Source: Octopus sinensis (Eukaryota). Taken from it: a DNA stretch of 64,000 nucleotides. Below the pieces are notes generated by a model. That model searched no databases, was not told where the DNA came from, and worked only from the letters and a program-made list of their open reading frames with translations. This document shows positions 1 through 11,756 of the stretch, piece after piece; position 1 is the first letter of the stretch, and every line of letters begins with the position of its first letter. The translations under genes and the position numbers were made by a program. The stretch covers positions 62,062,001 to 62,126,000 of the forward strand of contig NC_043008.1 of NCBI RefSeq assembly GCF_006345805.1, written 5' to 3'.

Positions 1-36
1 ACGAAAAACAGTTAAATCAAAGGACATTAAAGTGAA

Positions 37-120
37 GAACCTGAAGAAATTGCACCGGTATTAGAGTAGGGTTGCAATTGCAACGGTTACTACTCGATGC
101 AGTAGAAACATATGTAGGTT
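37..120 (+). ncRNA. Type I hammerhead ribozyme-like motif (Penelope-like element associated) with long branched stem II
   Basis: CTGAAGA at 41-47 and GAAAC-ATAT-GTA at 105-116 (palindromic stem III, GUA cleavage triplet). Stem II closes ATTGCA/TGCAGT with an inner GAGTAG..GTTGCAATTGCAAC..CTACTC hairpin. Stem I is imperfect. It abuts a (TATC)n/(TA)n tract. Confidence 0.65.
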
Positions 121-131
121 TATTTGAAGCT

Positions 132-156
132 CTATATATCTATATCTATCTATCCG

Positions 157-215
<59 letters not shown>

Positions 216-239
216 GTCTATCTATCTATCTATCTATCT

Positions 240-305
<66 letters not shown>
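132..305. repeat. Compound (TATC)n-(TC)n-(TA)n microsatellite
   Basis: Directly visible; it explains the ORFs at 72..323 and 124..408. Confidence 0.95.
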
Positions 306-306
<1 letters not shown>

Positions 307-522
307 TCCGCAAAAATAATTAAGATTCAAGTGAATTCCAATGAATTCAATGAATATGGTACTTATCTTAGATGCACCAGAATTCTTTATGTATTAACCA
401 TAAAATAATGTGGGATGATTATAACCAAGAAAAAAAGCAACAAGAATGGAATAGTAGTTTAGTACAATTAGTAGTTTGTACTAAACTACTAATCCATTCT
501 TGTTGCTTTTTTCTTGGTTATA
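305..522. mobile_element. (TA)n-embedded repeat ending in a ~48-bp-arm hairpin; same family as 10343-10517 and 10567-10741
   Basis: Arms at 420-467 and 476-522 differ by 1 substitution and 1 homopolymer indel, with an 8-nt loop. The body (AATTAAGAT.CAAGTGA...GATGCACCAGAA...AACCATAA) is homologous to the copies at 10.3-10.7 kb. Confidence 0.7.
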
Positions 523-529
523 TATATAT

Positions 530-800
530 ATATTCATTATAGATATAGGGTAAAGAATTATTAATCTAATAATTAATAAATTTTACAAAGTAGCTTTGTT
601 ATGGAGAAAAATGTTATCGGTAAACACAAAGGACTTTTTTTATAATTATAAACATAATTAAGGGATTAGCAAAAAGTTGCTTCACCACAAACCGAAAATT
701 TTAAAATAGCTGTCAAAACTACTTATTCTTCTACTACAATATATCTCCTCAGACAGTAAAAGGTACGAAGCAATTTTTTGTTAATCCCTTAATTATGTGT
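530..800. mobile_element. (TA)n-embedded element with an internal ~31-bp inverted repeat
   Basis: CATAATTAAGGGATTAGCAAAAAGTTGCTTC (~653-683) pairs with GAAGCAATTTTTTGTTAATCCCTTAATTATG (~768-798). The start motif AGGGTAAAGAATTA resembles AGGGTGAGAGAATTA at ~57514. Confidence 0.5.
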
Positions 801-833
801 GTATATATATATATATGTAGATATATATATATA

Positions 834-903
<70 letters not shown>

Positions 904-2349
904 TATATATACATAAAGGAATTAAAGATAATACTTATTATTTAAAACGTCACACAGTATCCATTATATCCAATATTGCGATGTTGTTGATTGAAGATAT
1001 TGTGTTTACCGGGCGTTTAGACTGTCTGTCAGCTCACAACGACCTCAGACAGACAGTACTTTACGCAATATACGTGTATTATAACTATTATTAATATCGT
1101 CATCATCATCATCATCATCATCATAATTATTAATTGATTTATCTCTACTTTCCTATTTTCTTTCACACACACACACGCGCGCACAAACACACACACACAC
1201 ACTCACACACACACACATATGCTTGAATCTCTTTAATAATTCACAATAATGACTTTTATTACTTTTATTCCTACCTCAATTCATCTAATTGTATATATCT
1301 TTCGTTACATTTCATAAAAAGCCTTTACTTTTTGATTTCTAATGTGCATTTTCGTTTATTTTTCTTACTTTTCCCTTACATTACCACGTGTAGTTTCTAT
1401 TTTCTTTTGTAAAATTTTTCTATTATATATATATATACATCATATATATATATATATATATATAATATATATAATATATATATATATATATATGATGAAA
1501 TGAAATGAATATATATATATAAGGTCGTGCTAAAAATTTGTTATCGATTAAATACAAAGTGTGAATGCATAAGTAACAGGGTTTTATTTTAAGATACGCA
1601 TAACAGAGATAACAGATATATTTTTAAATGCATATAGAAATTAGAAACATTTGAATTTCTGATTCATACTCGATTAAAATCTCTCCAACTATGCTTAGTA
1701 AAAAATGCTTACATAATCTGCCATCAAACTTCTGAGGTTATTCTGTCTCGAATTAATCATTTAGTAGCTGAACATGGTAGGAAGGGAATCACGCCCAGCT
1801 GAAGGTACGATATATTCATCATCAGAATGAAGATATGGTTTAAATCAGCTTTTTATCTTATGAACGTTCTCTTTAATGGAGCTCTCATCTCTTTGCAATC
1901 CGGTGATTCTAGATTCCTATTCGTCTCCCACAGATTGCTTATACACTAGCTCTTATCTTTGTTTGAAGATTTCAGTACTGTGAACATAATGACATCCGAG
2001 TGTGTGATGGTCTTCTGAATTTTCTTTCCTTCTGGAGAAGGGTTTGGACTTCTCTTCGTTTGTTCTGTATGACTTTTCTTGGTGGGATGTTTGAGTTTTA
2101 TTTTTCCTCGTTTGTACTGTCTCAGAAGAGGTGGATTTTCAGTTATGATTAGATCTCTGATGACCAAACATATTGATTTTTAGTCTTCTATTTAATTAGA
2201 GGATACTGTCGGATCTTGGAGATGGGTGTCTCCAAGATTTCCTACTATTCCTGGCTCTGCTGTAATGTTCTCTTCTCTCTCTTTGCCTCTCTTTCTCTCT
2301 TCTCTCTCTCACTCTCTCTCTCTCTCTCTCTCTCTTTGCCTCTCTTTCT

Positions 2350-2400
<51 letters not shown>

Positions 2401-3024
2401 ATAATCTATCTATCTTCAGTGCTTTTGCTGTTTCAAATGTTACAACCTTCATTTCTGATTCCATTGCTTTTGTTTCAGTCTCCAACATAGATACAACTCC
2501 AATATGACTCTAAGGTTTGCGGAATCAATTGGACTCCTTACTCATTACCCACACATATCGACCAAATATCATTTTTCGTACCACTGCACTCACAACCTGT
2601 ACAAAGACGGTGATGCAGAATCAGGGAGTCTGTTTCACTACGATTACCCCTAAATTTCTTCTTTGCACTGTGCTGGCCAGTATATTTCGGTATAATCCTA
2701 GAAGCAGATTTGCTTCACAGAAGGTTTACCTCTCAACTCACTTCACCTCGGCCTTAAATACCAAACAGACCCTTCTGTATGCATCGCATTATTCCGATCG
2801 TCGTACACTACACTACCCTACACAAGGGCCAAATTGTTTGAGGACAACGTAAGCGATCTTCATTTGTCATTTTTATCGTTTTTGAATAAATATCTTTAAC
2901 AAAGAGATACACCTGCTACTCACTGATAATGTTAGCTGCTATTATTAATAACCAGTTTCCAATTCTATTAAAGAGTGTTACCATATGTCCAATATATTCC
3001 TTTCGAAAAATGCGACACTTGCTT

Positions 3025-3130
3025 GTGTGTATTTGTATGTGCGTGCGTATGTGTGTGTGTGTATGTGTGTGTGTGTGTGTGTGTGTGTATGCGTGTGTGT
3101 ATGTGTGTGTATGTGTGTGTGTATGTGTGT

Positions 3131-3176
<46 letters not shown>

Positions 3177-3330
3177 TTCTCTGTGTATGTGCAAGTGCGT
3201 GTGAGTACGTGATATTGCTGTTACAAAAATATAAGTGGAATTGTTCATATTTGCGCCATTATCAATAGAAGTCTCATTTGTTTTCTGCCGAAACGTGTCT
3301 GATACAATATTCTTGATCATATTATTTAAG

Positions 3331-3366
<36 letters not shown>

Positions 3367-3608
3367 TGCTGTTGTGTGTGTGTGTGTGTGAATGTTTGCG
3401 TGTGTGTGTATGTGTGTGTGCGTGTGTGTGCGCGTGTGTCTGTGCGTGTGTGTGTGTGTGCGTGGTGTGTGGTGTTTGTGTGTGCGCGTGTGTGTGTTGG
3501 TGTGCGTGTGTGTGTGTGTTTGTGTGTGCGCGTTGTGTGTGGTGTGTGCGTGTGTGTGTGTGTGCGTGGTGTGTGTGTGTGTGTGTGTATGCGTGTGTGT
3601 GCGTGTGC

Positions 3609-3665
<57 letters not shown>

Positions 3666-3678
3666 CGTGTGTGTGTAG
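3025..3678. repeat. Long compound (GT)n/(GTGC) microsatellite in two blocks
   Basis: Directly visible; source of the CV/HT-repeat ORFs. Confidence 0.95.
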
Positions 3679-3870
3679 CTGTCTTTATGTTCGAACATTT
3701 TTTTTCTTCTTGAGGATGTGTAATTTCTATCTCGTATTTATTTTATTCAGCTGTGTACACAAATGTGAGACGGAAGCAAATAAAGGGGAAAAATATTTAA
3801 AGTTGGACCTTACTTTTTGTTTTGATGTTGTATGGACAGATTTGCGTATTCGAAAACTAACTGTATGAGA

Positions 3871-4194
3871 CCCCCAGACCGGGCGTTGTGAGTGTTTATT
3901 GAGCGAAAACACCTAAAAGCTCCACGAGGCTCCGGCAGGGGATGGTGGTGATGCCCTTGTACTCTTTCACCAACAACTTTTCTCTCACTCTCTTCCTGTT
4001 TCTGTTGTACCTTGTATTTCAAAGGGCCGGCCTTGTCACTCTCTGTGTCACGCTGAATATCCCCCGAGAACTACGTTAAGGGTACACGTGTCTGTGGAGT
4101 GCTCAGCCACTTACACGTTAATTTCACGAGCAGGCTGTTCCGTTGATTCGGATCAACCGGAACCCTCGTCGTCGTAACCGACGGAGTACTTCCA
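3871..4194 (+). mobile_element. tRNA-derived SINE family C, 5'-truncated
   Basis: Nearly identical to the full copies at 21797 and 36747, from CCCAGACCGGGCG to the tail GTCGTCGTAACCGACGGAGT. Confidence 0.85.
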
Positions 4195-4221
4195 TCCCAT
4201 GTATGAGAACACATTATTGGA

Positions 4222-5235
4222 TACGAATTTTTGTCTCAAGGCCAGCCATTTCGGGAGTGGGGTAAAGTCGATGACATTGACCCCAATGCTCAACGGGTAC
4301 TTATTTTACAGAACCCGAAAGAAGAAAAGTCAATATCGACATCGGCGGAATTTGAACTCAGAGTGCAAAGACGAGCAAAAATACTGCAAAGCATTCTACT
4401 CGATGCGCTAGCAATTCCGCTAGCACGCCGACTCCGTATACTCTTTACTCTTTTACTTGCTTCAGTCATATGACTGTGGTCCTGCTGGAGCAACGCCTTT
4501 AGTTGAGCAACAATAATGATAACTAGTGGGACCCGTGGAAATTCCACGTTGTAAGTCAGCATATATGAAAGCATACCGCTAATAGATTCTTTTCTGCTCT
4601 AGGTACTTAATTTATCAACCCCGAAGGTATGAAAGGCAAAGTCGACCTCGGCCGAATTTGAACTCGGAACGTAATGATAGGCGAAATACCTATTTCTTTA
4701 CTACCCACAATGGGCTAAACACAGAGAGGACAAACAAGGAGAGACATATACGACCACAGTGCGAACAGGTACTTATTTAATCAACCCCGAAAGGTGAAAG
4801 GCAAAGTTGACTAGCAGAATTTGGATTTAGAAGTAGCGGCACAGACGAAATACGTATTTCTTTACTACCCACAATGGGCTAAACACAGAGAGGACAAACA
4901 AGGAGAGACATATATCGACCACAGTGCGTAACAGGTACTTATTTAATCAACCCCGAAAGGTTGAAAGGCAAAGTTGACCTCAGCAGAATTTGGATTTAGA
5001 ACGTAGCGGCAGACGAAATACGTATTTCTTTACTACCCACAAGGGGCTAAACACAGAAGGAACAAACAAGGGCAGACACACGGATTAAGTCGATTATATC
5101 GACCCCAGTGCGTAACTGGTACTTATTTAATCAACCCCGTAAGGATGAAAGGTAAAGTCAACCTCGGCGGAATTTGAACTCAGAACATAGCGGCAGACGA
5201 AATACGGCTACGCATTTCGCCCGGTGTGCTAACGT
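4222..5235 (-). mobile_element. Cluster and head-to-tail array of SINE family A pieces (plus a family B 3' fragment at 4438-4510)
   Basis: The core CCCCGAAAGG..GAAAGGCAAAGT.GACCTC recurs. Junctions at 4690/4691, 4854/4855 and 5022/5023 give periods of 164 and 168 bp. The last copy is full length and ends in CCAGCTCGCCGCC. Confidence 0.8.
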
Positions 5236-5629
5236 TTCTGCCAGCTCGCCGCCCTCATAACGCTCGTGTATTAAAACACTAGCAAGGAATTTCAAGAAAT
5301 TCGTTTGAAATCTTGCCATTTAATCAAATCAGTACTTTTAAATATAATTGAAATGAACTTAAAATGTACTGCTTGTTTATTTTTTTATGTGTTTGGCAGA
5401 TATGGTGTGCTTTATAGTATCAGGAAATAAAAGATGAATGTAAAAGATAAAATATTCATATAGATAAAAATAAATACACCTTTCGGTCTCCAACCACCAC
5501 TAAGGCTCAATCTCAGTTATCTACCAAGTGAGATTTATTTTCAATTCTTTTCATTTCATTTCAACTACTTATTTGTATATCTGTTGCTATTAATATATCT
5601 CCCTGTCTACATATCAATATATCTATTGA

Positions 5630-5638
5630 CTCCTCGCA

Positions 5639-5713
<75 letters not shown>

Positions 5714-5770
5714 ATCTTTCTATCTATCTATCTATCTTTCTATCTATCTATCTTTCTATCTATCTATCTT

Positions 5771-5811
<41 letters not shown>

Positions 5812-5878
5812 ATATCTATCTTTCTATCTATCTATCTTTCTATCTATCTATCTAACTATCTATCTATCTATCTATCTT

Positions 5879-5915
<37 letters not shown>

Positions 5916-5965
5916 TTATTTATCTCTCTATCTCTCTATCTATCTATCTATCTATCTGTCTATCA
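5630..5965. repeat. (TATC)n microsatellite
   Basis: Directly visible. Confidence 0.95.
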
Positions 5966-5968
5966 AGT

Positions 5969-6305
5969 AAAGGCGCATGGCTCAGTGGTTAGAGCGTCGA
6001 GCTTACGATCTTGAGGTTGTGAGTTTGAATCCCAGACCGGGCTGCGTGTCGTATTCTTGAGCAAGACACTTTATTTCATGTTGCTCCAGTTCACTCAGCT
6101 GTAGAAACGAGTTGCGACTTCACAGGTGCCAAGCTGTATCGGCCCCTTTGCTTTCCCTTGGATAACACCGGTGGCGTGGAGAGGGGAGGCTGGTATACAT
6201 GGGCAAATGCTGGTCTTCCATAAAAGCAACCTTACCCGAACTTGTGCCTTTGAGGGTAACTTTCTAGGTGCAATCCCATATTCAGTCATGATCGAAGCAG
6301 GTCTC
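5969..6305 (+). mobile_element. tRNA-derived SINE family D (CORE-like central block)
   Basis: A-box TGGCTCAGTGG, B-box-like GAGTTTGAATCC, then CTTGAGCAAGACACTTTATTTCA.GTTGCTCCAGTTCACTCAGCTG. Homologous copies lie at 7957-8263 and 37300-37632. The CORE assignment is from recollection. Confidence 0.8.
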
Positions 6306-7154
6306 AGAATCTATCTATCTATTTATCGATCTATCTATTTTCGTTTCTGCTGGTGTATGTAATTGTCTGCTCTCACAATACCAATAAGCATTTAAACTTA
6401 ATAATATTGCTGCCCCAGGATGGCCATTACCTTTGGTCTGGAACATGCAAAAGATAAAAAGTAAAAGCCACAGCTATTTTACTAAGTTTATTTCACTATA
6501 ACGTAACTGTCTACCGAAATATTTTTTAATGCATAAATTTATAGATTTTCATGGAGATTCTAATTATGTTAGACACTTCGACTGTGCCAGCGATTTGAAC
6601 AGACAACGGCAGAATAATATAGACCCCCGCTTCCTACGTTTCTCCCTCCCTCTCTTTCTCACGTGTCTTTCTATTTTTCACTGGCTTCGTTTCTCTCTTT
6701 GTCTCCCTTTCTCTCTCTTCACACACACTCTCTCTCTCTCTCTCTCTCTCTCTCAATACACACACACGCACACACATATCTATTTGAGTTATTATCTCCC
6801 TTGGTGTAACATGGACAAAACAGCTAGACCGTAGAAACACACAGAATTATATAACATCAACAACAACAACAACAACAATAATAATAATAATAATAATAAT
6901 AATAATTATAATAGTAATTTTGTTCTTGTTCTTGTTATTATAACCGACATAAACAGGATTGGATTTTAGTCAAATTCTAAGGTTTCTTTAAAAAAATTTT
7001 TTACAAAATCTTTGTTGCTGTCAAACTAACGCCTTCAGATACTATTGCAGAATAGACTCACAAAATCTGGCTTAAAAGAAAAGTAATCTCGATATTTTCT
7101 TTCGAATGAATAGCATAAATTATAATTAACCTTAAAATTACCAAATGTGTATTC

Positions 7155-7238
7155 GAAGCACTCCGTCGGTTACGACGACGAGGGTTCCGGTTGATCCGAT
7201 CAACGGAACAGCCTGCTCGTGAAATTAACGTGTAAGTA
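7155..7238 (-). mobile_element. SINE family C 3' tail fragment
   Basis: Reverse complement of the tail CACGTTAATTTCACGAGCAGG...GACGGAGTGCTTC. Confidence 0.8.
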
Positions 7239-7251
7239 TACACAACAGTTA

Positions 7252-7331
7252 AACTAGCACCATTACAAGAATGACCCTGAAATTTAATTATGCAGCCAAA
7301 TTTCAAGGTCATTCTTGTAACGGTGTTAGTT
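7252..7331. other. 80-nt hairpin (34-bp stem, 12-nt loop); pre-miRNA-like or tiny MITE
   Basis: AACTAGCACCATTACAAGAATGACCCTGAAATTT pairs with AAATTTCAAGGTCATTCTTGTAACGGTGTTAGTT, with 3 non-Watson-Crick positions. Confidence 0.6.
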
Positions 7332-7369
7332 ATCCACTAAAACCTAGAATTGATATTTTCTGCTTGTCA

Positions 7370-7525
7370 TTTTGTTCGTCTTCGCGTTCTGAGATTAAAC
7401 TCCGCCGAGGTCGACTTTGCCTTTCATCCTTTCAAGGTCAAAAAAATGAGTACCATTTGAATGGGGTCAATGTTATCGACTTACCCCGCTCCCTCAAAAT
7501 TCTTGGAATTGTGACAAAGATTCAA
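7370..7525 (+). mobile_element. SINE family A, partial
   Basis: GTTCTGAG..AAACTCCGCCGAGGTCGACTTTGCCTTTCATCCTTTC core. Confidence 0.7.
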
Positions 7526-7956
7526 ATTCGGTATCTTTTGCTTGTGCAAAAGCTTTTCAGTATCTTCTGCAGGTAAGGTTTTACATCAACCACTAACAGT
7601 ATTTGATTCACACTGTGTAAAAAGATATTTGATGAAATATGTGAATAAAATAAGAAACTTCGGATATATTATATTTTGCATAAAAAGTCACTAGGGGTGT
7701 CTCCGCTTCTGACAGCATTAGATTTTCTTTGCTGTAGCGTAAAAACCGCTTCCGCAGTTAACGGTAATCAAATTTTGAGCGGTTATATCCGGTTTCCGCG
7801 CTAAAAGACTTCAGACTGAGATCCATAATATATCGTACAACATAATAAACAGGTATCTATTCATGCAAGCTAACCACTGTTTAGAATTAATTACAGAGAT
7901 AATCAATGCGTTAAAGCTTCCAGTTAAAATAACATGCATCCTAGTGTAATGATCAT

Positions 7957-8263
7957 GTGAAGTGGCGTGGCTCAGTGTTTAGAATGTCGCGCTTCCAATC
8001 GTGAGATTCTGTGTTCGATTCTTTAAATGATGTGTTCTTGAACAAGATACTTTATTTCATGTTACTCCTGTTCACTTAGCTGTAAAAATGCGTTGCAGTA
8101 TCACTGGTGCCATGCTGTATCAGACTTTGCCTTTCCTTCGGATAACATAGGTGGTGTAGAGAGAGGAGGCTGGTACGCATGGGTGATAGCTGATCTGCCA
8201 TAAACAACCTTGCCCGGGCTTGTGCCGCGGAGGGGAACATTTTAGGTGAAATTCCATGGCCAT
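7957..8263 (+). mobile_element. SINE family D, diverged
   Basis: Colinear with 5969-6305. Confidence 0.7.
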
Positions 8264-8439
8264 ACTACCCTAGTGTAGTAAACAGAGCAACCGACATAGA
8301 AATTAAGGAAAAGCTTATAAATCGAAAACATGTAGAGATAAAAACTTCACCATGAAGGTCGTTATAAAGGCGGATATATCTTGAATAAGTAAGATATAAA
8401 AATCTATGGAGTAGAAATGTCACCGTAGAAATAATAGAG

Positions 8440-8995
8440 TCGCTCCCAAGCACATGGTTCCGGGTTCAGTCCTATTGCGTGGCACCTTGGACAATTGTCT
8501 TCTAATACATCCTCGGGGTGACCAAAGACTTGTGAGTGGATTTGGTAGACGGAAACTAAAAGTTATTCCCCCATGACGTACATTACTCCCACTAATATAC
8601 ACACACACACTCACTCACACAGACGCACACACACATACACATATATATATATTATATATCATATTATATATATATATGTATGTATATATATATTATATAT
8701 TATATTATTTTATATTATATTATATTATATTATATTATATTATATTATATTATATATATATATATAAAAGAACCACGTCGTGTGTGTGTTCATGTGGCCG
8801 TCTCCTATCACTGCTTGACAGCAGGTCTTTGTTTGTTTATGTCCCTCTTGTGTAGCAGTTCGGCAAAGAAATCCGACAGAATAAGTAGCAGGCTTTTAAA
8901 AGATGTACTAGGGTCGATTTGTTCGACTAAAAATTCTTCAAGGCGGTGCCCCAACATGGCCACAGTCTAATGATTGAAACAAGTGAAAGATAGAA
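8440..8995 (+). mobile_element. SINE family B interrupted at 8561-8765 by an inverted copy of ~10745-10992
   Basis: The head ends at GGAAACTAAAAG (8560) and the element resumes at AAAAGAACCACGTCGT (~8766). The insert is the reverse complement of ~10745-10992. Confidence 0.75.
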
Positions 8996-9321
8996 GATAT
9001 ATTCATTTATTGAATTGTTCCGTTGTTTCTACTGCGGTCATAGAAGAGCACTTCCTCAGACGGTTTAGTTGAACTAATTGATCCAAGAATTATCTTTGTT
9101 AAGTCTAGTAATTATTCTTTTGGAACCCCATATTCCGAACCGTTAAGTTACGGAAACGTAAACAAACGGAAAAAAAACTGTTTTTCAAGTGTTGGTGGGG
9201 ATTATAACGAAGGCATGTATTTAGATAGATATATAGATAGATAGAGAGAGAGAGCGGAGAGAGACAGAGACAGAGATAGACAGAGAAACAGACAGAGATG
9301 GACAGCAACAGAAAGAGACAG

Positions 9322-9408
<87 letters not shown>

Positions 9409-9904
9409 TACAGACAGACCGGCAGAGATAGATAGATAGATAGATAGAGAAAGAGAAAGACATAAAACAGGACAGACAAATAGAGAGGCAGGTACACAGA
9501 CAGATAGATAGACAGTTGGACCTATTTTAGTTACAGTCCAACAAATTCACTAACAGAGCATTAATTGACCCTGGACTCCAAGAGAACATAGACGTCCAAG
9601 GTATCATGCAGTCTTAAGAGACGGAATGAATCGTTAGCTTTGGCCACATTACGGAATATTACTTTATTTTATTGACCGTGGGTAGCATGAAAGGTAAATT
9701 TGACCCCCATCTGGGTTTGAGATCAGAATGTAAAGAGCCGGAATAGATGCCCCAAAGCGGTTTCCGACGCTCTAATGACTCTGCCGTTCCATAATCCTTT
9801 AGCATGAGATATAATATAAGCCATGTTAGTGAAATAAAATTTAGAAAACACTCAGCGTATACAAGTTAAAATGAGTGGATGAAACAAATTTCTATACCGA
9901 TGTA

Positions 9905-10313
9905 CTCTACTCTTACTCTTTTACTTGTTTCAGTCATTTGACTGCGGCCATGCTGGAGCACCGCCTTTAGTCGGGCAAATCTACCCCAGGATGTATTCTT
10001 TGTATGCCTAGTACTTATTCTATCGGTCTCTTTTACCGAACCGCTAAGTTACGGGGTGGTAGACACAACAGCATCGGTTGTCAAGCGATGTTGGGGGGGG
10101 GACAAACGCAAACATATACACACACACATATATATATATATACATATATACGACGGGCTTCTTTCAGTTTCCATGTACCAAATCCACTCACAAAGCTTTG
10201 GTTGGCCCGAGGCTTTTGTAGAAGACACTTGCCCAAGGTGCCACGCAGTGGGAATGAACCCGGAACCATGTGGTTGGTAAGCAAGATACTTACCCCACAG
10301 AAACTCCTGCGCC
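9905..10313 (-). mobile_element. SINE family B, full length
   Basis: The minus strand begins GGCGCAGGAGTTTCTGTGGGGTAAG, has a GGTTCATTCC B-box-like motif and an internal (TA)/(TG) tract, and ends in an AAAAGAGT-repeat tail. Confidence 0.9.
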
Positions 10314-10342
10314 TATACATACATATATATATATATATATAT

Positions 10343-10512
10343 AGTAAAAGTAATTAAGATCCAAGTGAGTTCTGTTGAATTCACATGAATGCGGTACTTA
10401 ACTAAGATGCACCAGAAATCTATATGGTGTTAACCATAAGATAATGCAGGGTGATTATAAATAAGAAAAAAGCAACAAGAATGGATCAATATTTCATTCT
10501 TGTTGCTTTTTT

Positions 10513-10567
<55 letters not shown>

Positions 10568-10738
10568 GTAAAAGTAATTAAGATCCAAGTGAGTTCTGTT
10601 GAATTCACATGAATGCGGTACTTAACTAAGATGCACCAGAAATCTATATGGTGTTAACCATAAGATAATGCAGGGTGATTATAAATAAGAAAAAAGCAAC
10701 AAGAATGGATCAATATTTCATTCTTGTTGCTTTTTTCT

Positions 10739-10741
<3 letters not shown>
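10343..10741. repeat. Exact tandem duplication (period 224 bp) of a hairpin-ended, (TA)n-flanked element
   Basis: 10343-10517 equals 10567-10741. Each unit ends in 23-bp arms ATAAGAAAAAAGCAACAAGAATG / CATTCTTGTTGCTTTTTTCTTAT with an 11-nt loop. Confidence 0.85.
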
Positions 10742-10785
<44 letters not shown>

Positions 10786-11280
10786 ATATAATATAATATA
10801 ATATAATATAATATAATATAATATAATATAATATAAAATAATATAATATATAATATATATATACATACATATATACATATATATATAATATGATATATAA
10901 TATATATATATGTGTATGTGTGTGTGCGTCTGTGTGAGTGAGTGTGTGTGTATATTAGTGGGAGTAATGTACGTCATGGGGGAATAACTTTTCCCTCTTA
11001 TACAACGACAGGGTGTTTCAATTGACTCGGCTCATTGGCGCATGAGATTCTGGGACACAGGTGTTTCGATATATTGTGTCTCGTCAGTAACAAATAATCG
11101 GACCTTTGAGAGTAGCACAAGTGAAGAAACTGTTTGCTGATCAGTGCTGCTATCAGCCAACCGATAGAAAGAAATCGTTATCGTTATTTGCACAGTCGTA
11201 ATAAGAAAAAGTTATTCTCTTGTGTGTACACTACAGCGACCAGTATATTTAGCGTCTCAAACAATGCAAATAACAAATAT

Positions 11281-11330
<50 letters not shown>

Positions 11331-11616
11331 AAATGTCAGAATTTTGGGAAAAAAGTATTTTTATTTCTTCATTATTAGCGCTTTCGCTCCTTTCTCGAAC
11401 TTGTCAAATAAAATTTTGTGAATATACAAACTGCTTTTTCATTTATAGAAAACAGATGTTGGTGGGGTTTTTAGAAGAGAACATTGTTTTTTGTATTTTG
11501 GGGTGAGGTTCCATGACAATGGAGATGGGTAGATAGAAGTATATGTAGGTATATAGGCTAATAGCTAGCTAGCTAGATAGTTAGCTAGATAGCTAGCTAG
11601 CTAGCTAGCTAGATAT

Positions 11617-11685
<69 letters not shown>

Positions 11686-11696
11686 CAGTCAGGCAG

Positions 11697-11734
<38 letters not shown>

Positions 11735-11756
11735 ATATATGTATGTATGTATATAT

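Noticed and set aside
1640-2860. Possible old LINE ORF1 remnant on minus (KRSPNPSPEGKK; IGVVSMLETETKAMESEMKVVTFE)
   Set aside because: Coding-like composition but many stops and no diagnostic motif I can name.
7540-7580. CAG|GTAAGG donor with a possible 12-nt microexon or signal-peptide-like frame
   Set aside because: No in-frame ATG or unambiguous acceptor; the upstream sequence is SINE-derived.
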